A stretch of DNA of 64,000 bases, from the NCBI GenBank assembly GCA_016748015.1, contig JAAOMT010000046.1:248001-312000 (forward strand). Reading direction: 5' to 3'. A program made the translations under genes and the position numbers. Every line of letters starts with the position of its first letter. Positions within the stretch are counted from its first letter, which is position 1. Below the pieces are notes generated by a model. That model was not told the origin of the DNA, did no database searches, and was given only the letters and a program-made list of their open reading frames with translations. This document shows positions 24,601 through 37,679 of this stretch, piece by piece. Origin of the DNA: Geosiphon pyriformis uo1 (Eukaryota > Fungi > Glomeromycota).

Positions 24601-25699
24601 AATGTGGATTTGATGATTCAGATATTCGAAATCAGGAGACTGTTGTTCAAAGGTTGTAGAATATAAGAGCTGATTGATACTGTTGTTTCTTTCTTTAAAG
24701 TTATCTTCAAAATAAGCTTGATCAAAGTAATAGGTTGTATAAGTTGTGTAAGTTTCAGCTGAATGCTTATTCAAGAACCTCCAAAAGTCTTGGAATTGTC
24801 TGCTGAATTGTTCTTCAATGGGGAAGCAGATCAAGCAGAAGGGCAGAGGATTAAGTTCAATGAAATCTAGGTTGTTTCTGTTGTGTGCTACAAAGTGTTC
24901 TTCTGATTGCTGTGACAGATATAAGTAATTACCCATACAATAAGAGAATAAGTAAATTTTGACAACCTTACAGGGAGCACCACTTTTATGTTATGGGTTG
25001 GAGTAACAAGCTAATGGATAACAAGAGAGAACAGGATTGTAGGGTGATGAAAATAATCAAAGAGAATTCAACTTCAATGAGCAAATTGAATGAGTATAGA
25101 TTCAATGTGCGAGATCAGTCTCATAAAATATCTCAGTCGCTATTTTTTTCAAAAGATAACAAGGGAATCTGAAAGTAGAGAGATAGTCCGTACTGTCAAC
25201 AATTGATAACTGCTGGTATAATTCTATGCCTCATGTCGGCACTCTTAGAATTCAATATCAGGTATTAACTTGTGCTCTTTAGTCACATTTATTCAAATAA
25301 TTTTCAAATACTATAATTATATGTTTCAGAAAAGTGCCAACAAGTAATCTTTTATCCAAAAAATGTTCAGATACTTGAAGGTAAGGAAAGAAAAATTAGC
25401 AATAAGAGAATGTTTGAGATGGAAGTTTGTTATTTTATTTTTTTGATTGTCTTGATTTTTTATATTGATATTTTTCTACAGCTAAGAGACTCATCACTTA
25501 TATATTTATTGAAAGTGATCAACGACCAGATCAATGATCAGGTCAATAATCAGGTCAATAATCAGGTCAATAATCAGGTCAACAGTCAGGTCATTGATCA
25601 GGTCAATGATTACTATTTAAAAATAGGGTGGCTAATTATATGACATCAATGGCTAATATATATGATAATTAATAAAAATTATGAGTTTCAACCATAACA
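18641..25699 (-). mobile_element. Gypsy family A copy A4: 21-bp remnant of 3' LTR, full internal region, 5' LTR 24989-25699; inserted in pol of A5
   Basis: Remnant CTATGAGTTTTAACCATAACA plus PPT; gag, pol, IN and ORF3 fragments. The right flank ATAT continues into A5 pol. Confidence 0.92.
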
Positions 25700-28600
25700 A
25701 TATTATTTAATGACTTGTTATTACTGATAAAAATGATATAGATAAGTTTAGCAGTTTTTTCTTGTTCTTTTTGATCTTTTTCTTCATTGCTTTCATCATC
25801 ATTTGATTTATTTGATTGCTCATCTTTTTGATTTTTCTTGAGTACTGAAGGAGTTTTCTAATAGCAATATTTAATTACAATAGGTTTTTCACTACATCTA
25901 ATGGTTAGCTTACAAAGTTTATAATCAAGCAAGGCTTTTGTCTTCTTGAGCCATTTATTGCCAACAATAATAGTGTATTTTTTTGCTTTAAATACTTTCA
26001 TGTTAGTCTCAATGCTAATGTCATTGATGCAAACAGAAACAGTTTTGGCTATACCAAGCTCTTTTTTTTTGTCATCATATACATTGGTCATTGGTCTAGT
26101 TAAAAGTTCATTAATCTTTCTGCCAATTGCTTCAAAAAAATGTTTGGCAATAACACTAACAGATAATCCACTGTCTAAGATCAAATCAATAAAGTAGCCA
26201 GCCACTTGGGCTTTACAAATCAAAGAAGTAATATTGCTGTTATTAGTGAATTCAGCTTGGTAAAAGCACTTGTTGGTATTTGGTGTCTTTTTTTTTAGAA
26301 TCAAAGATTTGTGAAAATCTTTTCTGAATTGTAAATGAGTTATTAACTGGCCAAAAATAATATTAGCTGGGATTTTTATGAGATCTTTAACAACATAATA
26401 AGGACCAGATTTTTGTACTATTTCTAGAGATTCCAACTTTGAAAAATTCTTAAAAACTTTAGTCTTTGGTGGTTTATTGTTTTTAGCAATTGATGTAAAT
26501 GCTTTATTTGGATCTAAAATGAAATCAATCTTGGCTTTTTTCTTCTTTTTTGTTGATTCAGAAGTGTTGTTTGCTAGTTTATCTATGTTATAGTTATCAT
26601 CAATTAGGTTAAAAGTGTAAAAGAAGTTTTTTTCTGGTTGGCTTGCACTTTTACTCTTTGGAAGTGTGTCTACCAGTTTAAAAGCTAATAAACAGTGGCT
26701 TTAACTAAAAAATTCTTTCCAAAAAAATTGAGCTGAAGGAAACAAAGGAAGATTGTTGTAATTTTTGAAAAAATGTCTAGTTAATCTACATTAATAACAT
26801 ACAAGTGAACCACAATTTTGTTGTTTTTGATAAGAAAATTGCTGGGGCTAATTAAAATAAAGTTTATATCTGAGTTTTTGGAGTTGTTAATTCTTTCTGA
26901 CTGTTTGGGCTAAGGATTCTAATAGCCAGGCAAGATTGGCTGTAAGTCTATTTATCAATTGTTCATTGGGATCTGAAGTTTGGGTAGTAAAAAAAATAGC
27001 AGTCATTTGAAAAGCAAGAGCCATAACAAGAACAAGAACAAAAACTAGAAGTGTGGATCCCAAGTGCATCTTTTGATTGTTTTTAATTTGTTGGGCTAGT
27101 TTAATGGTCATATCTATTATAAAATTGTTTTTCAGAACCAGAAAGGACCAAAGAGCATATAAGAAATCAGTTTTCAATTCTTTTGTAAAGGAGTGAATTT
27201 TCTGCTTTTCTGTCTAGTTTCTTCTAAAGTTTACCCTCTTCTAATTGTTTTGGTGTATTTAGTTACAACTTTACCAGGACCTTGGGTTTTTTTTTCTAAT
27301 TCTATGTGCCATTTAGATATCAAGATAGGAGTTCTAAATTTCATTTTAAACTGGATAATAAAAGAGGTGTTGTTTTTTTCAGCATTTGCTGGTGTCCATC
27401 TAATGATTTTTTGTTGAGCATTGGCATTGGTTTTTTATGAGAACCAAGTAGCAAAAGAGCCTTAAAAGTAGCAACCAACAATTTGGAACTTGTATTCATT
27501 ATCATATTGGTTGGCTGTGGCAGCTTTTTTAAAGTCATCCAACCATTCAATTGAATCTTGTGCATTACTTCTGAATAATGGTAATAGAGTATTGTTTCTT
27601 TGTCCTAAAGCAATTTATATACTTTAAAGAGCGATCAAAATGTTTTGTTGCATAGGGTCATTAGCCATTGGTTTAGGAGTAGCTGTTTGTGTAGAATGTT
27701 CTAATTTACTTGAAAAAAGATCAAAAACAGGAGCAGTTTGATAGCTTTCTTCTTTTGTTTCAAAGAGTGTTTTAGCTAACTAGTAGGCAGCAATCCAAAT
27801 GTGAATTTGGTGATTCAAGTATTCAAAATCAGGGGGCTGTTGTTTAAAGATTGTGAAATATAAAAGTTGATTGATGTTGTTGTTTCTTTCTTCAAAGTTG
27901 TATTTAAGATAAGCTTAGTCAAAGTAATAGGTTGTATAAACTGTGTAGATTTTAGCTAAATGCTTATTTAAAAACCAGTTCTAAAAGTCTTGGAACTGTC
28001 TACTGGATTGTTCTTCAATAGGAAAGCAAATTAAGCAGAAGAGCAAAAGATTGAGTTCAATAAAGTCTAGATCATTTTTGTTGTGTGCTTCAAAGTGTTT
28101 TTCTGATTGTTGTGGCAGATATAAATAATCACTCATACAATAAAAAACAAAGTGAATTTTGACAACTTCACAAAAAGCACCACTTTTATGTTATGGGTTG
28201 GAGTAACAAGCTAATGAATAGCAAAGAAAAACAGAATTGTAGGGTGATTAAAAGAATCAAAGAGAATTCAACTTCAAAGAGCAAATTGAATAAGTATAGA
28301 TTCAATGTATGAGATTAGTCTCATAAAATATTTCAGTTACTATACTTTTCAAAAGATAACCAGAGAATTTGAAGATAGAGAAATAGTCTGTACTGTCAAC
28401 AAATAATAACACACTAATATAATTCTATGCTTTATGTTAGTGCTTTTAGAATTCAATATTAAATATTAGATGTACTCTTTAATCACATTTTATTTAATAA
28501 TCTTCAAATACTATAATTACACATTCAAGAAAAAATAGAAAATAACCAACAAGTAATCTTTTATTCCAAGATATTCAGATACTTGAAGATAGGAAAAGAG

Positions 28601-29621
28601 AAATTAGTGATAAGAAAAAGATTGAGATAAAAGTTGTTATTTTATTTATTTAATTTCTTTGATTTCTAATATGCATTTCTACAACTAAGAGATTCATTGC
28701 TTATATAGCTATCAAAAGTGGTCAATAATTAGATCAATGATTAAGTTAATGATTAGGTCAATGATCAAATCAATAATCAGGTCAACAGTCAAGTCATTGA
28801 TTAGGTTAATAATTACTATCTAAAAATAGGATGACTAATTATATTGTTATGATTGAAACTTATACTTTTTATTAATTATTACATGTATTAGCCACTGATG
28901 TCATATAATTAGCCATTCAATTTTTAAATAGTAATCAATTATTTGACCATTGACCTAATTATTGACCTGATCATTGACTTGATTATTGATTTGATCATTG
29001 ATCTAGTCATTAATCTAATTATTGACTATTTTTGATAGCTATATAAGTGATAAATCTTTTAACTGTAGAAAAGCATGTAAGAATTAAAGAAAAAAAAGAA
29101 ATAAAATAACAACTTTTATCTCAATTATTTTCTTATTGCTAATTTTTCTTTCTCTATTTTTAAGTATCTGAATATCTTGAGATAAAAGATTACTTATTGG
29201 TTATTTCTTATTTTTTTTCTAAAATGTGTAATTGCAACATTTGAAGATTATTGAATAAAATATAACTGAAGAATACATATGATATCTAATATTGAATTTT
29301 AAGAGTGCCAATGTGAGACATAGAATTATACTAATGTGTGATCATTTGTTAACAGTATAAATTATTCCTCTACCTTCAAATTTTCTGATTATCTTTTAAA
29401 AAGTATAGTGACTGAGATATTTTATGAGACTGATCTCACATATTAAATCTATACTCATTCAATTCACTCTTTGAAGTTGAATTTCCTTTGATTTCTTTCA
29501 TTACTCTACAATCTTGTTTTTTTTTGTTATTTTTTAACTTGTTACTCCAACCCATAACAATATGACATTAATAGCTAATATATGTAATAACTAATAAAAA
29601 GTATGAGTTTTAACTGTAACA
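25700..29621 (-). mobile_element. Gypsy family A copy A5 (gag, protease, 5' LTR 28189-29621), more decayed; inserted in the integrase region of B1
   Basis: ILDSGL protease (ORF 25858-26436), gag fragments, PBS. LTR end TGTAACA at 29621 is followed by ATAT. Confidence 0.88.
28845..29559 (+). mobile_element. Family A solo LTR inserted in inverse orientation inside the A5 LTR
   Basis: TGTTATG...CATAACA flanked by an ATAT/ATAT TSD. Removing it restores AATT-ATAT-GACAT of the host LTR. Confidence 0.93.
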
Positions 29622-32447
29622 ATATTAACAATTCTAATATTATATTAATACTCAAAACAACATAAAACAAACAATTAAAATACTTTATTACTTACAAAAA
29701 TATACTATATTAAAAAAACAGAAAATATTCAAACCAGCTACTCAAAGTAATTACAAAATCAGAAAAAAAAACAATACTATTCAACATGCACTCAGATCCA
29801 ACAGCAGAACATTTTTATAAAGAAGCAATTATAGAAAAAACCAGAAAAAAATATTATTAGTCATTTATATATTCAGATATTATTCAATATATTTAAAATT
29901 GTGATGTTTGTCAAAAAAAAAGAGAAACAAAATCCAGTAAACCACTAAGACCAATCAAAATAGAACAACTATTTAATTGAATTGGAATTGATTTAGTCAG
30001 ATTATTAACAATAACTAATAGAAACAATTGATATATAACAGTAACCATGAATTATTTTACAAAATAGCCAAAAGCAAAAGCAATTTAAAAAGCAGATACA
30101 GAATTTATAGCCAAATTTGTTTACCAAGATTTGATTTGTTAACATAGATGTTCAAAAAAATTGTTATTAGATTAAAAAACTCATTTTGTAAATAGAATAT
30201 TAACAGAATTAAGTCAAAGATTTAAAATTAAGAGACTATTATCATTATTATATTATTCATAAACAAATAACTTAGTCGAAAAATTCAATAAAATATTGTG
30301 TAAAATAATAACTAAAATCAACCAAAAAAACCAAGACAAATAAGATTTGTTTATACTATTAGTATTATTTGCTTATTGAACAATAAAACAAAATATCATA
30401 TAAGCAATACTATTTGAACTTATCTATAGTAGAACAACAATATTACCAGTAAAAATAAATATTAATACATATCTAATAAAACCAATAACAGAAGCCAACT
30501 TTCAAAGAATATTGCTGAAAATAACATATGACTTAATAAAAACATAAGACAAAAAACAGCTAATAATATCCAAAAGTCACAAGCAAAACAAAAAAAACAA
30601 CATAATAACCAGTTATTAGATAAACCAATTAAATTCAGAATTGAAAACAAAGTATTTTTATATTGTACCAAAGTAGAAAAACAATAAAATAAAAAATTTA
30701 ATTTCAAATAAGACAAACCATTTTACATTAAAGAAATTCTAGGAAATAAAGCTTATAAATTAAGATGAGACAATAAAATTTTAGCTAAAGCAGCACATGG
30801 AAATCAACTAAAACTCTATCACAATATATTATTATTATTTACCAATAATTCTATAACTAAGAATATAATAAATACTAATTTAACCAGATAAAATTTTATG
30901 AAATTTAGAATTAATCATAATTATTAACACAAACACATCAAATTGATTTACCAGAATAGTATATAAGAACCAATACATATAACAAAAGCAAATAAAAAGA
31001 TAGAAATTACTAATAATATTTACTCATTATTCCAACTAACCAAACATTAAAAACTAAACATAAAAATCACAATTAATTAACTAACAAACTCTTTAATATA
31101 AAGACACCAAAAGAAAATAGAAACTTTAATACAAAATACAACATAAAAAATATAAAAAACATAAAAATATAGTAAAAAATATAATAGCCAAGGTAAAAAT
31201 ATTTATAGAAACACCAAAGACAATAATATTATATAAGAAATTAACAAAAAAAATTAGAAATAATAGACACAACAATTTTCAAGAAAATTTTGCTATTATT
31301 ATTTGGAACAAAAAATCCATATTTAAAACTTATATACAGACAAAACAAGACAAATGTTCAATATAACAATATTACAATAACTTGAACAATTTATGAGAAA
31401 AAACAATTTATTTACATAAACATGAACAATATATCAGTTACAAATAGGGTTTTAAGACTGTTTAGAAATACTACTACATCCAATAATAAACATGGTAACT
31501 ATCAACCAATTGGAAAAATTTACCAATACCCAATTTGAAAAATTGCAAACCAATATTGTCCAAGTAATTCTTAATAAAAAAGTTATAAAGTTAATTCAAA
31601 AAAAAAATTTAGAAGATTTAAAAGATTTTAATAGAACTTAATATTAAAAAAAAACATTATTTATAGAAAGTAAAATTATAATAATAAGTAAAATAACCAA
31701 TCAGAAATAAGCATAATAAAAAAAAAAATTTCAGAATTCTTCTTAAAAAATTACAGGATTTTAAGAAATTTCATATAACATAAATTATATATATATAATA
31801 AAAATATTAGAAGCAGAAAAAGTATTCAATTTAAACAGAATAATAACTAGCAATAACTATTTACTTTATTCCTTTTTTCAAAAAATAGTTTTCTATGACT
31901 TAAAGTAAAATTACATTAATATAAATAAAAATATCTAATTATTATTAAATTCATATTATTATTACTTGATTAAAAATATTAATTATTTCTATATTATTAG
32001 CACTCTATGTTAATAAAATTCAATACTTAACCACACTAAACCAATAGCTCTTGATTATGACTATTGACAGAATACTAATTTTTTATTTTTTTTCTTATTT
32101 TGTTTTATTTTTTTTGTTTTATTTTTTTATTGTTTACTAATTGATTAAATGAATTAAGTATTAAGTATTTAACATCAAAAATAGTCTGATAAAAAACCTG
32201 GAAACAAGAGTAAAAATTTAAGGATAGCTTACTAAAAAGACACAACTGTTAAAATAAACCAACTACTATGCTGAAAAATAAAAATTTATAAAAGAAACCA
32301 TCAATTAAATCTCTGTTCATTATACAAAGAACTTAACCAAAACCTTCAGACTTTAAAATCTTCAGAAATTACTAATATTACCAACTATTGAGCACTAAGT
32401 TACAGATTTGTTATTTGTTTTAACACTTCAAATAATTATTTATAACA
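29622..32447 (+). mobile_element. Gypsy family B copy B1, 3' part (integrase, extra ORF, 3' LTR ~31655-32447); inserted in RT of A6
   Basis: Decayed NMHSDPTA.HF...CDVCQ...IGIDLV. The LTR matches those at 52768 and 62331 and is followed by ATGT plus A6 RT sequence. Confidence 0.85.
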
Positions 32448-35400
32448 ATGTCTATTTTAGTGATAGTATTTAATTGGCAGTAGTTAATACAAAAACATAG
32501 AATTCTATTTTTTTAAATATGACTACAATTGAAAAAACTTATTTACTTTTGGTTTTTTGTATAAATCCAAGATTTTTTATCTGGTTTATTTTATTCTTAA
32601 TAAACTTGTTATTGTGTTAATTGGATTAATAAAACTTTAAATGAATAGAATAAATTTTTCTAGTAATAATAGTATGTTATATTACATAAGTACATTTAAG
32701 AGTATTTTTTTTTTTGAAATAATTAAGCTGTTTTTAGCCAACAGATTTTCAATGTCTATTTTTATTTTTTCTGAGAAGAGTTTTTTTTGTTTTACAGCTA
32801 GTAATTGAATCTTAAATAGTTTATTTTCAAAAAACTTCTGTACTTTTTTTATTTTTTCTCTTGGTATTAGACTAATAAGTTCCTAATTCTTGTAATAGAT
32901 TAGACAAAATTTGTATTTATTATTTGAAGAATACAATAGTTTATTGCATCAATACTAGATACAAGAACTATACCACCAATAGCTGTATTTGGCTTTTTTG
33001 TCAAGCTTTTTATCAAAAATTTTTCTAAGAATATTATAGTAAAGCCAGCAGATTAGTTTGTTATTTACAATGATTTTTTTTTTGCCAGCTTTAATATTAT
33101 CTAGTGGCTTGTTATTACTAATAAAGATAGTGTAAACAAGTTTAGCAGTTTTTTTTTATTTTTTTTTATTTTCTTTTTTATTACTTTTTTTGTTATCTAA
33201 TTCATCTAATTATTTTTTTTTGGGCTTTGCTTAGATACTAAAAGAGTTGTCTAATAATAATACTTAATCACAATAAGTTTTTTACCATATTTGATATTTA
33301 ATTCACAAAGTTTATAGTTAAGTAAGACTTTTGTTTTCTTAAGTCATTTATTGTTAACAATAATAGTGTATTTCTTAACTTCAAAAACTTCTATATCAGT
33401 TTCAATACTAATATTATTAATATAAACAGAAATAGCTTTGGTTATATTCAAATCTTTTCTTTGTTATTATTTATATTGGTTATTAATTAAGTAAAAAGTT
33501 CATTAATTTTTCTTCTAATTGTTTTAAGAAAATGTTTGTTAATAATATTTAACAGATAATGTACTGTTTAGAATCAAATTAATCAAATAACTAGCCACTT
33601 AGGTTTTATAAATCAGAGAAATAACATTGTTATTATCAGTAAATTTAGTTTGATAAGAACATTTGTTAGTTTTTGGTGTTTTTTTTTTGGAATCAAGAAT
33701 TTGTGAAGATTTTTTTTAAACTGTAAATAGATCATTAATTGACCAAAAATAATGTATACAGAAGTTTTTATGAAATTTTTAACAACAAAATAGAGTCCAG
33801 ATTTTTGTACTATCTTTGAAAGTTCCAACTTTAAAAGATTTTTATAAACTTTAGTCTTTAATAACTTATTGTTATTAGCAATAAAAATTAAGGCTTTATT
33901 AGAATATAGAACAAAATCAATCTTGGCTTTTTTCTTTTTTCTTGTAAATTTAGAGAAGTTAATAGTCAATTCATCTATATTATGATTATTATTAATTAAG
34001 TTAAAAATAAAAAAAAAGTTTTTTTCTGATTGGCTTGCACTCTTACTCTTTAAAAATATATTTACTAATTTAAAAGCTAATAAACAGTGGTTTTTATTAA
34101 GAGATCTTCTCCAAAGAAATTAATGTTGGCATAATTAAGTCTTTGATTAGAAGTATTGTAGTTGTTAGATTTGTTGTTATGGTTATTATTGTTTTTAAGA
34201 GCTAAAAAAAACAAAAAAAATTGTTGCAATCTTTTAAAAAATATTTAATCAATTTACAGCAATAATATATAAATAAATCATGATTTTGTTATCTTTAATA
34301 AAAAAATTGTTAAGGCTAATTAAAGTAAGATTTAAATCTAAGTCTTTAAGATTGCTAAGTTTCTTTGACTGTTTGGGCTAATAGTTTTAATAACTAAGCA
34401 AAATTGATTGTAAGTCTATCTATTAATTGTTTATTAAAATTTTGAGTTTAAACAGCAAAAAAAATAGCAGCCATTTATAGAACAGAAGCCATAATAAAAG
34501 CAGGAGCAAAAACTAAAAGTATAAATTCCAAATACATTCTTTAATTGTCTTTAATTCTTTGTATAAGTTTAATGATCATATTTATAATAAAATTATTTTT
34601 TAGAATCAAGAAAGACCAAAAAACATAAGATAAATTAATTCCCAATTCTTTTGTAAAGAAATAAATTTTTTGTTCTTTTGTTTAATTCCTTCCAAAATCT
34701 ATTTATTTGATAAGCTTTTTTATTACTTTGGCATATTTAGTTACAACTTTATCAGAATCTTGAGTTTTTTTTTTAATTTTATACACCATTTAGAAATCAA
34801 AATAGAAGTTCTAAATTTGTTTTTAAACTGAGTAGTAAAGAAAGTGTTTTTTTCTTTAATATTTGTTAATGTCTATCTAATAATTTTTTGGAGAGTATTA
34901 GCATCAGTTTTTGTGAAAACCAAGTAGCAGAAGAGTCTTAAAGATAGCCACTAACAATTTTGAACTTGTATTTTTTATTATATTAATTGGTAATAACAGC
35001 TCTTTTAAAATTGTCTAACTATTTAATTAGATCTTATGTATTACCTTTAAATAAAAATAACAAAGTGTTGTTTCTTTGCCTTAAAGCAGTTTGTATACTT
35101 TAAAGAGCAGCTAAAATGTTTGCTTGCATGGAGTTAACAGTTATTAATTTAAAAATAGCTGTTTGTATAAAATGCTCTAATTTACTTAAGAAGAGATTAT
35201 AAATAGAAGCAGTTTAGTAACTTTTTTCTTTTGTTTTAAAAAAAGTTTCAACTAATTGGTAGACAGCAATTCAGATGTAAATTTGATAATTCAGGTATTC
35301 AAAATCAGAAAGCTGTTGTTCAAAAATTGTTGAGTATAAGAGCTGATTGATATTATTGTTTCTTTCTTTAAGAGTTTTTTCAAAGTAGACTTGATCAAAA

Positions 35401-36334
35401 AAATAGATTATATAGGCTGTATAAATTTTAGCTAAATATTCATTTAGAAATCAGTTTCAAAAATCTTGATATTGTTTACTGAATTGTTTTTTAATAGAAA
35501 AACAGATCAAATAGATTAAGCAAATCAAGCAAAAAAGCAAAAAATTGAGTTTAATAAAATCTAAATCATTTTTGTTGTGTATTATAAAGTGTTTTTTTAA
35601 TTGTTATAACAGATATAAATAATTACTTATACAATAAAAAAATAAGTGGATTTTAACAACCTTATAAAAGCACTATTTTTATATTATAAGTTTGAGTAAT
35701 AAGCTAATAGATAGCAAAAAAAACAGGATTGTATAATAATGAAATAAATCAAAAAAAATTCAACTTTAAGAAGCAAATTAAATGAATATGAATTCAATAT
35801 ATAAAATCAGTTTTATAAAATATCTCAATTATTATTCTTTTCAAAGGATAACAGAAAATTTGAAAATAAAAAAATAGTTTGTGCTATTAACAAATAATAA
35901 CATATTGATATAATTTTATGCTTTATATTAGCACTTTTAAAATTTAATATTAGATATTAAATGTGTTCTTTAGTTATGTTTTATTTAATAATTTTTAAAT
36001 ACTATAATTACATAAATCAGAAAAAAAATAAAAAAATACTAATAAGTAATCTTTTATCTTAAGATATTCAAATACTTAAAGGTAAGAAAAAAGAAATAAG
36101 TGATATAAGAAAGATTGAGATAATAGTTGTTATTTTATTTCTTTTATTTTTTATATTCAATTATGTTTTTCTATAACTAAAAAACTCATTGCTTATATAG
36201 TTATTGAAAGTAGTTAATAATCAAATTAATAATTAGATTAATAATTACTATCTAAAAATAGAGTGACTAATTATATAATATTAGTGGCTAATACATGTAA
36301 TAACTAATAAAAACTATGGTTTTTAACTATAACA
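32448..36334 (-). mobile_element. Gypsy family A copy A6 (heavily decayed gag, PR, start of RT, 5' LTR ~35682-36334); inserted in a LINE RT
   Basis: Colinear with A3/A4 after allowing for C>T/G>A changes. LTR end TATAACA at 36334. Confidence 0.85.
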
Positions 36335-37255
36335 ATAGAATAATAACAAATTTTGGCTTTTTAAATAACTACAAAATACATGATAGGCTAGATCAAAATG
36401 AAATTTTCTTACTATTTTTTTGGAAAATTTATTATAATCTCTTATTATATAAGATAAAAAAACAGAAACATTTGTGTAAATACTAAATTAACACTAATTT
36501 TGTGATAAAAACAGACAAAATAGAAGTTAATAGAGAAAAAACTTTTTTTTTTATAATAAATGTTTTTATTAATAACACAATTTAAATAAAAAATAGTTAG
36601 GCTTCAATACAATACATTTTGAATTTGGTTAATTAATTTTTTAAGATTAATAATATTTATATTAACAATAACAAAATAGTTGTAATTTCTATTAACCAAA
36701 AGATTGCAAATGTTTAATTACACATTAATAACCAGCTAATTTCTATTGTTAAGCATAAAAAATTTTATGCAAGGAATTTGTTTTTAGAAACTAAGTTAAT
36801 AAGACAGTATTGATATTTAATAATAAAAAAAAGACAGTATTGATAGTAATTAATTTTATTTGCTATCTGATTAAAAAACATTATAGTAAATTATGAAAAT
36901 TTAGTTTAAAATACAGAGTAAATATAAAAAAAAGTGGCTTAATTAATAATATAGAAATGTTATTTAAGATATATAGTGGCTTATCTAGTTTTTTGTTAAT
37001 AGAAATAGTTTATTTACTTAATATTATTAAGTTTTTTGCTATTAATTTTAAATTGTACAAAGTTTTTTTTTTTTTTTGGGTTTGAATAATGGTTTAAAAA
37101 TTAGTGTAAATATATAATATAATTTTAATTGACATAAATAGTCAGTTATATATAGTAAGCACATAAGTTATATTTAGTTAGGACTACTTGATTTGTTTAT
37201 ATATATTAAATAATAGTTAAGCTATACTTATTAAATAAAAAACAAAAAAAAAACA
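36335..37255 (+). mobile_element. Decayed, internally deleted LINE RT relic
   Basis: Translates as RIITNFGFLNNYKIHDRLDQNEIF..WKIYYNLLL, homologous to RIITEFGLSDEYQVQDGLDQGETS..WRIFYDSLL of the LINE at 1-3384. A-rich end near 37235-37253; right boundary approximate. Confidence 0.7.
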
Positions 37256-37577
37256 ATTAAAATATTAAAATTAATCTCTTATTTTTTTAAGAAACTGCTA
37301 ATAAATAGTTTAAAAATGTAATTGACTTAGTTTTTAATAATTTTAAATTAATTAAAATTTTTAAAAATGGTTTTTTTGAATAAATTTGTTTTTGTAGTTT
37401 TAATATAATTTAGTTTAATTGGATTTGTGTTTAATTATATTTAGAAAATACACAAATTATGTTTAATTTAGGGTCATATTGTATTAAATAGTAATTGGGC
37501 TTTACACATTAATTATTAATAATAATAATATCATAAAATTCTTAGTAATTTATAATATTAATAAACAAATTGGTGAT

Positions 37578-37613
37578 CCAATTGGCCAATGGAAATGTTT
37601 AATCATGAGTCAT
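37578..37613 (+). promoter_or_regulatory. Putative promoter elements of the PPR gene: overlapping CCAAT boxes and a Gcn4/AP-1 site
   Basis: CCAATTGGCCAAT at 37578-37590 and a perfect ATGAGTCAT at 37605-37613, 70-100 bp upstream of the ATG. Motif match only. Confidence 0.35.
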
Positions 37614-37679
37614 TTGTGATCCTAATATTCTATTGGGTCAAGATTTTCATATACTATTACAATTAACCTCATTTTTACG

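Noticed and set aside
25410-25643. ORF with VNNQ repeats / possible CRISPR-like array
   Set aside because: This is the antisense translation of the 12-bp LTR tandem repeat. There are no unique spacers and the context is eukaryotic.
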